Source: Candidatus Xenobia bacterium (lineage in GTDB: Bacteria; Vulcanimicrobiota; Xenobia; Xenobiales; QWHO01). Taken from it: a DNA stretch of 17,419 bases. The stretch lies in the NCBI GenBank assembly GCA_045863235.1, contig BTUM01000125.1, forward strand, positions 1 through 17,419. Direction: 5' to 3'. The translations under genes and the position numbers were made by a program. Below the pieces are notes generated by a model. It was not told the origin of the DNA. It saw only the letters and a list, made by a program, of their open reading frames with translations, and did not search any database. This document shows, one piece after another, positions 9,694 through 17,302 of this stretch. The first letter of the stretch is position 1; every line of letters starts with the position of its first letter.

Positions 9694-10871
9694 GGTGAGG
9701 GAGCCGGCATGGGCACCGGCGAGAAGGGGTCCGGGACATCCGGGGTTTCAGGGGATGGGGAGGGTGCCAACAGAGGAAGCGGGCTGGCGCTGGGCGAGAG
9801 GAGAAGGGTCGGGGAATGGGTGGCGGAGGGCTCAGGTGGGGGAGCCGGAATCGCGGGGGCCTTGATGGTTCCGAGCATGCTCTGCTCGAGCTCGGCTTCG
9901 AAACTGTCCGGTTTGTGGGCATTGAGGGCACCGCTCAGAGACCAGAAGCTGGACAGCAGATCGAGCTGAGGAACCAGGACCTGGGCATTGAGTGCTTGCG
10001 ACTCTTGCAGCGACAAGAACTCCAGGCCCACGAAAGCCTGCTCGACTTCGCTCACCTGGCTATCGTTGCCGCGGGCGATGGCTCCCAGGGCAAGACCCGG
10101 CTGCTGGCGCAACTCGGAGATCAGTACGAACCAGGCCCCGGCCACTTCCTCCAGATCTGCCCTCGAGACGCGGGGATTGCGCTCGTTACGGAGGGCCTGC
10201 CGGGAAGCCACCCAGACGTGCGTGATCGGGGCCTGGCTGGAGGTCTGGATCAGGATCTGGTCGCCTCGCTTCAGGTAATCGCGCAGGGCCGGCTCGCAGA
10301 CCGCCAGCGCCTGAACAGCACCCTGCTCGTACCACTCACTGGCCACAGTCAGGTTGGGAGCCGGGATGGGCAGGATGACCCGGTCGGTTTCCTGGGCCAC
10401 AAGACGCGCCGCCAGATACTCACCCGGAGAACCGCTCACGAAGGCAAGACGAAGCACTTGAGCCTCGGGCGTGTCGGCCATGGCAACCACGGCGTCAGAG
10501 CCCACCGATAGGGAGGTGGCGAACAGGACCTGGCCAGGATTGAAGCGAGGCACAGCCAGGGCAAACTCGTCCAGACTGGCCAGCACCAGGTCGATCTCCC
10601 CTGCCGCCAGCTGGCGCCATCGCTCGCCCGGATCCGCGAACTGCTCGATCTCCAGGGTCACCTGGCCGGCGCTCTCGGCCTTGCTCAAGAGCGCGTGCAG
10701 GGCATACAGGGGAAGCTCGGAAGGGCGACCCTCCACGGCCACGCGCACGGTATGCGGAGTCAGGTTCAAAGGGCGAGGAAGGGGTTGTTGCCCGGAGCGA
10801 GCTTTCAAAAAGAACAGCACACCGAGGCAAACCCCGGCCAGGAGAAGCAGTCTGATGAAGAATCGTGCCAT
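9690..10871 (-). CDS. Membrane-anchored ABC-type solute-binding protein (NMT1/THI5/SsuA-like) with Pro-rich C-terminal tail
   Basis: N-terminal hydrophobic anchor. LAAGEIDLVLASLD, SLSVGSDAVVA, AFVSGSPGEYL, GAVQALAVCEP and ITHVWVA are class II PBP-like motifs. Confidence 0.75.
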   Translation of the reverse strand: MARFFIRLLLLAGVCLGVLFFLKARSGQQPLPRPLNLTPHTVRVAVEGRPSELPLYALHALLSKAESAGQVTLEIEQFADPGERWRQLAAGEIDLVLASLDEFALAVPRFNPGQVLFATSLSVGSDAVVAMADTPEAQVLRLAFVSGSPGEYLAARLVAQETDRVILPIPAPNLTVASEWYEQGAVQALAVCEPALRDYLKRGDQILIQTSSQAPITHVWVASRQALRNERNPRVSRADLEEVAGAWFVLISELRQQPGLALGAIARGNDSQVSEVEQAFVGLEFLSLQESQALNAQVLVPQLDLLSSFWSLSGALNAHKPDSFEAELEQSMLGTIKAPAIPAPPPEPSATHSPTLLLSPSASPLPLLAPSPSPETPDVPDPFSPVPMPAPSP

Positions 10872-10952
10872 TCGCCCTATTCGGCAGACGGTTGGCCGAC
10901 TGCCCAGAAATTCGCTGGATATCCCGAAGGTTCAATTCCGCCCGATGGCGGC

Positions 10953-11318
10953 TTACTCCTCTGGGATGGCGGGCGGAAGCAGCTCCCCACGACGCAAAGC
11001 CCGCAAACGATTGAAGGCGTTCTCGACGCGCAGGGCTTTCTCACGCAGGCGCATGCCGCTTCGGCGCTCGTGGGGAACGTTGCGGGTCTCGTTATGGAGC
11101 TCGTTGAGTGCCCGACGGGCTGAATAGATGGCGTCGGCCAACAGTGCCTCTTCCAGAGCGCGCTCGAGGAACTCGGCATCGGCGTCGAGCTTCTTGCGCC
11201 CGGCATCGGTGAGAACCTGCAGTGCGACATTGTTCTTCGAAGACTTCCTGGTCGCTGCGGTTGTGGCCTTCTGCTGAACCTTGGGCTTGGGCTTGGGCTT
11301 GGTCTTGGTCTGGCCCAT
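10953..11318 (-). CDS. Small basic hypothetical protein with Lys/Pro-rich N-terminus (121 aa)
   Basis: ATG 11318 with SD AAAGGGGA. MGQTKTKPKPKPKVQQK followed by predicted amphipathic helices. Confidence 0.7.
   Translation of the reverse strand: MGQTKTKPKPKPKVQQKATTAATRKSSKNNVALQVLTDAGRKKLDADAEFLERALEEALLADAIYSARRALNELHNETRNVPHERRSGMRLREKALRVENAFNRLRALRRGELLPPAIPEE
11280..11309. repeat. Hexanucleotide tandem repeat (CTTGGG)x3(CTTGGT)x2 encoding the KT/KP repeats
   Basis: Directly visible in the sequence. It is frame-preserving and lies within the 10953-11318 CDS. Confidence 0.85.
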
Positions 11319-11561
11319 ACGGGTCCCCTTTCCATCCGAAAGTGGCATTCAGGCCTCCCAGGTTCGCGCTGACCACCCGGCAACTCCTACTGCCGGACCA
11401 CTTTGAAGGAGAACGGCGCTGAATCGGCAAGTAGGCGGGTGTGAACCAGGAGATTCACTTGCGCGATTTCGGTTTGCTGATGCCAGGCACGCTAGCCGGC
11501 TCGGTGGCAAGGCTCGAGCTCTGCGGTTCCTGCCTTACGCAAGGACCTCTCTGAACTGGCG

Positions 11562-13541
11562 ATGGGGGCCCAGTTGGCGGTGGTTCTTGCACTCAGCGCG
11601 TATCTCCTGAGTCGGCCTCGGGCTCCTCTGACGGCCCTGGAGCCGGGTTTGCTGGTGGCGGCTCTGATCCTGGAAGCAACAGCTCTGCGCTTGCCAGGAA
11701 TCGGCTTCTTCACTCTGTCTCCCGCAATATACCTGGGTGCCGGACTGGTGGGGAGCCCCGCCTGGGCGGCGATGATGGCGGTTGCCTGCCTCACGGTGCG
11801 CACGCTCCTGCGCGGTGACCCTCGGCCCGGCTGGCGCCTGCGCGAGGGCCTGGTCGAATTGATCCCGGTGCTGGCCGCACTGACGGTGATCACGGTGATC
11901 CCTGGACTTGTGTGGCAGGTCGTCGTGTCCAGCCAGGTCTACATGGTCTTCGCCGTCCTCTTGCGCCGATCGCTGAGCCCGGCCCTATCTGACCCGGCCG
12001 GATGGGAGCGGGCAGCCGCCCGGCTCACTCCGGTCTTGCTGGTGGTGGCCCTGTCGGCAGGGCTCCTCTGGCAGTTGCTGCAGGTCTCCCCCTGGGCCGC
12101 TCTGTGGCTGGTCCCGGTCCTGGTCGGTCTGCGCTTTTTGGTGGGCGAGGCTGGTTTCGGAGCCCAGCTCTCTGACTACAACGAGTTGAGCCGTCGCCTG
12201 GTCACCAGCCGGGTCTCCCAGGACCGGCTGTCGGAGGAACTGGCCGAGACCCGCCAGGGTCTGCAGCGCAAAGTGGATGAATATCTTACCCTGGAGGAGC
12301 TCTCGTCTTCTTTGCATCGGGCTGCGAGTGTGCAGGACTGCCTTGACGTCCTGCTGGCGATGGTGGATCGGCTGGTCAGCGCCCAGAGTGTGGCTCTGTT
12401 TGTACGCGAGTCAGATGGTTTTCTCTGTCCGCGCAACTTCCGCAGTCCCTATCGCGACACGTTGTCCATAGCCAGCACGAACCGCCTGCGCGACCCCCGA
12501 GTGGAGGAGGCGGTCGGCCGTTCGCCGCAAGGCCCCCGGTTGTTCTCCGATGAGGAGCAGACCGTTGCTCTCCCCCTTGGCGAGCAGGGAGTTCTGTATG
12601 TAGGACGACCGCGCGAGCCGTTCAGTGACATGGATCGCCAGTTGCTCTCCATCGTGTCGGCCCAGGGGGCGGCCGCCCTGGCCAGGCTCGAGCAGAAGCA
12701 TCCCCCGTCCACAGGGGCTCGACCAGAGCCGGGCACGGTGCTGCAGGAACGCTATCGGATTGTGCGCGCCCTTACCAAAGGAGGCATGGGCGCAGTTTAC
12801 CTGGCAGAAGACGCCCACCTCGACGGAGCTTCCTGCGCCATCAAAGAGATGCTCGAGCAGCATCTCGGCACGGGTGACGAGGCGCTCATCCAACGAAAGT
12901 TCCAGGAAGAGAAGACTCTGCTGGCACGGCTCAACCACCCTGGCATTCCTCGGGTGCGCGACTTTTTTCGCATAGGAGGGCTCTGCTATATCGTCATGGA
13001 CTACATCCACGGGGCCAATATGGATGAGGAGCTGCGGGACTGTATCGCCCTCACTGGCCATCCCTTCGTCTCTGAAGTCCTGGCCAAGGATATGGTTCAG
13101 GTTCTCGATATCCTGGTGCATCTGCATGAGCTCGATCCCCCCGTGGTGCACCGCGATATCAAGCCAGCCAACCTGATCCGCGAGTTCAAGAGCGGCCGCG
13201 TGATGCTGGTGGATTTTGGTCTTGCCCGCCCGGTGGAGCAAACCGGAGTGACTCAGACGGCGGTTGGGACCCTGGGATACTCATCTCTGGAGCAAATTCA
13301 GGGCCGGGCCGAGGTGCGCTCAGACCTCTATTCGCTGGGTGTCACGATGGCTCAACTCCTGTCCGGGCACGGCCCGATTCCGCTTCAGTTCCGTCCGGTG
13401 CGTCAGCTTGAGCCGAGCGTGGATGAGGACCTGGCGGCCATCGTCGACCGGGCCTCGGCCCTCGACCCGTCCGCTCGCTATCCCTCGGCTCGGGCCATGA
13501 GAGAAGACCTGCGGGCCTGGGTCCGCCTCAAAGGCCGGTGA
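11562..13541 (+). CDS. Membrane-bound sensor Ser/Thr (Hanks-type) protein kinase: multi-TM, coiled coil, GAF, kinase
   Basis: Hydrophobic N-terminal ~190 aa, then a coiled coil, then a GAF-like region (VALPLGEQGVLYVGR..PFSDMDRQLLSIVSAQGAAAL). Kinase motifs KGGMGAVY, AIKE, VVHRDIKPAN, LVDFGLAR, GTLGY and SDLYSLG. Confidence 0.92.
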   Translation: MGAQLAVVLALSAYLLSRPRAPLTALEPGLLVAALILEATALRLPGIGFFTLSPAIYLGAGLVGSPAWAAMMAVACLTVRTLLRGDPRPGWRLREGLVELIPVLAALTVITVIPGLVWQVVVSSQVYMVFAVLLRRSLSPALSDPAGWERAAARLTPVLLVVALSAGLLWQLLQVSPWAALWLVPVLVGLRFLVGEAGFGAQLSDYNELSRRLVTSRVSQDRLSEELAETRQGLQRKVDEYLTLEELSSSLHRAASVQDCLDVLLAMVDRLVSAQSVALFVRESDGFLCPRNFRSPYRDTLSIASTNRLRDPRVEEAVGRSPQGPRLFSDEEQTVALPLGEQGVLYVGRPREPFSDMDRQLLSIVSAQGAAALARLEQKHPPSTGARPEPGTVLQERYRIVRALTKGGMGAVYLAEDAHLDGASCAIKEMLEQHLGTGDEALIQRKFQEEKTLLARLNHPGIPRVRDFFRIGGLCYIVMDYIHGANMDEELRDCIALTGHPFVSEVLAKDMVQVLDILVHLHELDPPVVHRDIKPANLIREFKSGRVMLVDFGLARPVEQTGVTQTAVGTLGYSSLEQIQGRAEVRSDLYSLGVTMAQLLSGHGPIPLQFRPVRQLEPSVDEDLAAIVDRASALDPSARYPSARAMREDLRAWVRLKGR

Positions 13542-14565
13542 GAACCTGCACCAGGGGCAGATAGGCGGAGATGACGATGGCCCCTACCATCAGGCCGATG
13601 AAAGCCATGATCAGAGGCTCGAGCAAGGCCATGATCATCTCGAGCGTGAGCCCAGCCTCCAGATCGAGCAGAGCGGAGGCCTTGCGCAGCATGCCTACCA
13701 TTTGCCCGGTTTCCTCGGCGCAACGCAGCATCTGCGCGGAGGCCCCCTGAAAGACCTGGTTGGCCTCGAACAGATCGGCCAGTGTCTCGGCCCTGCACAG
13801 GTGAAGGTCTGTTTGAGCTTGCTGCAGGCGCTGTCGCGTCAGGGGGTCGTCCGTGGCGTCCTGGAGCACCGCCAGAGCTTCGGGGAAAGGTAGGCCCGAC
13901 TCAAGCAACAGGCCCAACGCGTCCAGGGTGCGAGCCTGGGTCTGCAGGCGCCGCAATCGGCCGAGGATGGGCAAGCGGTCAAGAAACTCAGCGCGTCTGA
14001 GCCGCAGGGTATCCACTCGCTCGACATCCCGTGCGATAACGAGCCAACTGGGATAGAACATGGCCAGAACCACCCAGGTCAGGGGACTGGTGAGGAAGCG
14101 GGTTGCCTCTACCAGCAAGCGGGTGGGCCAGGGCAATGGAACCCCAAGGTGAGTGAGTAGCGGTTCCAATTGGGGCACGACAAAGGTCACCAGCAGGCCG
14201 AGGACCACTACGGCGGCCTGCAATTGCATGGCCGGATAGTAGAGCGCAGTCTGCAAGCGCTCCCTCTGGCGGGCGTTGGCCTCGAGGTAGCTGGCCAGTT
14301 GCTCCAGGACCCGATCCAGCGAACCGGTGGCCTCACCCAGGCGAATGAGCTGCACATAGAAGGACGAGAACAGTGCGGGATGACGACTGAGCGATTTGGA
14401 GAGAGACTCGCCACGCGCCACCCCGGTGGCCACGTCGGTGAGGGCACGGTTCATGGTCTGGTCAGGTCCACCGCTCAGTACGGTCAGGGCGCGCACTACG
14501 GACACCCCCGAACTGAACAGCGCAGAGAACTGACGCGTGTACAGAGCCAAGGTCGTCAGGCGCAC
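13528..14565 (-). CDS. Type II secretion/type IV pilus inner-membrane platform protein (PilC/GspF family)
   Basis: LALYTRQFSALFSSGVSVVRAL, GESLSKSL..HPALF, GEATGSL, ALYYP, LPWPTR, second repeat AEETGQM, LLEPLIM..VGAIVISAYLP. Confidence 0.93.
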   Translation of the reverse strand: MRLTTLALYTRQFSALFSSGVSVVRALTVLSGGPDQTMNRALTDVATGVARGESLSKSLSRHPALFSSFYVQLIRLGEATGSLDRVLEQLASYLEANARQRERLQTALYYPAMQLQAAVVVLGLLVTFVVPQLEPLLTHLGVPLPWPTRLLVEATRFLTSPLTWVVLAMFYPSWLVIARDVERVDTLRLRRAEFLDRLPILGRLRRLQTQARTLDALGLLLESGLPFPEALAVLQDATDDPLTRQRLQQAQTDLHLCRAETLADLFEANQVFQGASAQMLRCAEETGQMVGMLRKASALLDLEAGLTLEMIMALLEPLIMAFIGLMVGAIVISAYLPLVQVLTGL

Positions 14566-14577
14566 GGCGCGCTGGAG

Positions 14578-16152
14578 CTACTCTTGGCCCCAGTTGAGGC
14601 GGCGATAAACCTGGGGAAGCAGGGGGGCTCTCAGAACGGAATCTTCATACGTAAGAATGCGGGCCGATGGCGGCACGTAGTAGGGCGAAAAGGCTGAATT
14701 TGGCGCGTGACTGACTCCATTTATGACTCGTGCTCCGCCCAGAATCCAGGCAGACACACCGGGTGTTGCATCGGCGTTGGTCTCGACATCGGTCGCCATG
14801 CGAGCGTTCTGCAGCCCGATCATGCAGCCATGCAGGGCGAGTGTCAAACCGCTCATATCTTCCAGGTTCAACATGGCCACCGAGCCATCTCCGGGTCGCG
14901 ACCCCTGGACGATGGCAGCATGGATCTCCAGACGGTCATCGGAATCGACTGCCATCGGAGGAGCTGCGTTAACAGCGGGGTCGGCGAAGGATGAGCTGAG
15001 AAACCAGACTCGGTCCGTGGTCAGGAGGGCGGCTCCCTGAATCGGGGGCAAACAGTTGAAGTCCCCTCGAATGTAAAGAGTGGATTGGCTCGCCACCGTG
15101 AGGTTCCCGGGGAGTGGAGTGCCGTTCACCAGTCGCAGCGGCACGTGGCTGTAGATGACCAGTCCTCCTGCTGGGAAGGGCACGGCCGCAAGGTCGATCT
15201 CCTTGACGGCCACCGGTCGCCCTTCGCCCCGGTTGAAGAAGGTTCGGTCCGAGCACCAGGCTGCCACCGTGCCAGCGTCCACGATGAGGTCGGCATTCTG
15301 CTGATAGTAACCTCCCGGTTCAAGGCTCTGGACCTTTGGTGGAGCCAGGTAGGGCGCTCCGAGGTGAGCGTCGAGCACCCGGGAGTTGAAGCGCGCCAAG
15401 GCGCCGGCCGGCCCGGGATCGTCCCACAGCGGATGGAAGGAGTCAAAGGCCGCGCCCGGGCTTCCGCCCGGCATTTCGACCCCGTTGATAAAAACCTCTC
15501 CGGCGGCCGGACCCCCACCTCGAATGACGCGGGCCGCAGAAAAAACTGAACCGATGATGTCCAGGCGACTGCCTGCAGGGCGTAACGAGAGGTCGTCATT
15601 GGCATGGATGCGACCGTCGACGGTCGCATCAGCGGACCCATCGAAATCATCTTTGCCATCGGCGAAGGACACGTAGCTGAAGGCAGGCTCCAGCACTGCG
15701 TGCACCCGGTGGGTCGTTCGCCTGCGACCAATGAAGGCCTGGCACTCGATGTCGAATGTGCGCTCTGCCAGGCGTTGAACCCGGAAAGCGAACTTCTGGG
15801 GACGCTGGCCGAGTCCATAGCTCTGGTCCGGGTTCGATCCTGGGATCCAGTCAAAAACGTAGTACCCGTTGGCATGCTGCTCGGCCACATCGGTCGCGAT
15901 GCCCAGGGGATTCACCTGCGGTGTTCTACTGCCATCGCTGTTGTGGGTGTAAGCGGTAAAGTTGCTCCGAGCAAAAGCATTCTCAGCGATGCTAATGCCG
16001 GCTTCAGCCATATAGAAGAGCTCGGCATCGGTTCTGGCGTCGAGAGCGAAGCGGTTGTCGTGGACCACATTCGAGATCAGCGTCATCACCGCCAGGAAAC
16101 AGAGAGGCGTCAGCAGGACAGCCAGTATCATCAGGAATCCGCGTCGTTTCAT
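14578..16152 (-). CDS. Large PilX/GspK-like minor pilin (524 aa)
   Basis: Class III signal MKRRG|FLMILAVLL lacking Glu5, PilX N-terminal motif FYMAEAGI, and VDGRIHANDDL. ATGA-coupled to the upstream pilin. Confidence 0.8.
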   Translation of the reverse strand: MKRRGFLMILAVLLTPLCFLAVMTLISNVVHDNRFALDARTDAELFYMAEAGISIAENAFARSNFTAYTHNSDGSRTPQVNPLGIATDVAEQHANGYYVFDWIPGSNPDQSYGLGQRPQKFAFRVQRLAERTFDIECQAFIGRRRTTHRVHAVLEPAFSYVSFADGKDDFDGSADATVDGRIHANDDLSLRPAGSRLDIIGSVFSAARVIRGGGPAAGEVFINGVEMPGGSPGAAFDSFHPLWDDPGPAGALARFNSRVLDAHLGAPYLAPPKVQSLEPGGYYQQNADLIVDAGTVAAWCSDRTFFNRGEGRPVAVKEIDLAAVPFPAGGLVIYSHVPLRLVNGTPLPGNLTVASQSTLYIRGDFNCLPPIQGAALLTTDRVWFLSSSFADPAVNAAPPMAVDSDDRLEIHAAIVQGSRPGDGSVAMLNLEDMSGLTLALHGCMIGLQNARMATDVETNADATPGVSAWILGGARVINGVSHAPNSAFSPYYVPPSARILTYEDSVLRAPLLPQVYRRLNWGQE

Positions 16153-16784
16153 TGGTTCCTCAGGAAAACCTCAGTGGAGTAAGTCTCTCGGGCTCTCGGT
16201 CCGCGGGGCATGTCCCGTTCGAAAGTGACTCTCATGCTAATTCGGTCTCGATGAGCACTCAAGACATTGAACTCGAGAGCATCGAGATAGGTGTCAAAGA
16301 CCCGCATGCCCCCGGGAGGAAGGGCGGAAAAGTCTATGGAGGCTGGCAATCCCGCCGAGGTTGGCAGCACTCCATTCACGGTGTGAATTACCACCTGGAG
16401 GGCGTACGGATTGGCGGGGTCGACCGGTTGCCTGGGCCGAGTGTAGACACCCACGACGGAGAATAGGCCGATGCGAGGGTCGTCGCTCTCCGGGACGACC
16501 GCGACCAGTGACCTTCCAGGAGTTTCCAGAGCTGGTAAGTCGTTGTAGTTGTGACCGCCAAAGGATAACGGACTGTCGGTGAAGACGAAGCTGGCTTTGC
16601 GCAGAGTAGTCGAGAGCCTGTCCAGTAGGGCGCGGTTGGCCTTGCGCGGGTCGAGGCGGGACTCGGCCCCGGCTCGACCCCGGGAGGCCAGCTCCAGCGC
16701 CCCAAAGGCTACGCTCACGATCAAAGAGAAGAGCGCGCACGCCACCAGCAACTCGGCCAGGCTGTGGCCTGCTGGTCTTCTCAT
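16149..16784 (-). CDS. Prepilin-type minor pilin (PilW/GspJ-like, 211 aa)
   Basis: Start ATG 16784 with ATGA overlap. MRRPAG|HSLAELLVACALFSLIV, LDRLSTTLRKA, and C-terminal YSTEVFLRN typical of PilW-like pilins. Confidence 0.82.
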   Translation of the reverse strand: MRRPAGHSLAELLVACALFSLIVSVAFGALELASRGRAGAESRLDPRKANRALLDRLSTTLRKASFVFTDSPLSFGGHNYNDLPALETPGRSLVAVVPESDDPRIGLFSVVGVYTRPRQPVDPANPYALQVVIHTVNGVLPTSAGLPASIDFSALPPGGMRVFDTYLDALEFNVLSAHRDRISMRVTFERDMPRGPRARETYSTEVFLRNQ

Positions 16785-17185
16785 CGTGAGTAAACCATCG
16801 TGGTCAGGCGAACCAGCGGCGAGCCGACCGGCTGGGGAACGTTCGAGCCGGGGTCGGCGGCCTCCCATATGGCCACTGACAGCCGTTTTAGGCCAGGTTC
16901 GGCCGGGGTGATAACGTCCAGCCGGTAGACCAGATCATTGCTCGCGTCTGCGAATGCGTAGACACCCGGCGAGAAAGAGTCCAGAGCTGAGAAGCTGGCC
17001 TTTTCGCGGGCTTTGAAGCAGCGTTGCTCCATAATCTTCTGTCCCAGAAAGGTTGCTGACGAAAGTTGGCGGTCGGTTTCAGTCAGGCGAGTGCTGTTGA
17101 TCACGGCCGCCACCAAGCCCAATGCCAGCGCTGCCACCATGGCGAGCGCCACGAGAACTTCCGCCAGAGAGATGCCCCGCTGCAT
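16781..17185 (-). CDS. Prepilin-type minor pilin (PilV/GspI-like, 134 aa)
   Basis: ATG 17185 with SD AGAGG. MQRG|ISLAEVLVALAMVA, ATFLGQKIME and GLKRLSVAIW..VRLTTMV typical of PilV-like pilins. Confidence 0.85.
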   Translation of the reverse strand: MQRGISLAEVLVALAMVAALALGLVAAVINSTRLTETDRQLSSATFLGQKIMEQRCFKAREKASFSALDSFSPGVYAFADASNDLVYRLDVITPAEPGLKRLSVAIWEAADPGSNVPQPVGSPLVRLTTMVYSR

Positions 17186-17205
17186 GCTAACCTCTATTGT
17201 TACAC

Positions 17206-17218
17206 AAGAAGACTTCTT
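17206..17218. promoter_or_regulatory. Perfect palindrome AAGAAG-A-CTTCTT, candidate operator for the pilin cassette
   Basis: Inverted repeat 20 nt upstream of the pilin ATG at 17185, in an AT-rich intergenic stretch. Confidence 0.35.
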
Positions 17219-17302
17219 TGGCAGGGTTATAGTAGGAAGTTCCACTGAAACGTGGAGCGCTGCGTGCGACCAGGTGGCCCTGGTCGAACATAGTTTTCAG
17301 GG

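Noticed and set aside
10800..10871. Lipoprotein signal in the solute-binding protein (LAGVC)
   Set aside because: Not a canonical lipobox, and hydrophobic residues continue after the Cys. An uncleaved TM anchor is more likely.
11440..11459. Possible CRP-like site TGTGA...TCAC
   Set aside because: The spacer is 10 nt rather than the required 6 nt. It is kept only as a generic inverted repeat.
16785..17245. Longer ORF-track starts for the two small pilins (16868 and 17245)
   Set aside because: Short class III leaders, the ATGA coupling at 16781-16784 and the SD before 17185 support the shorter starts.
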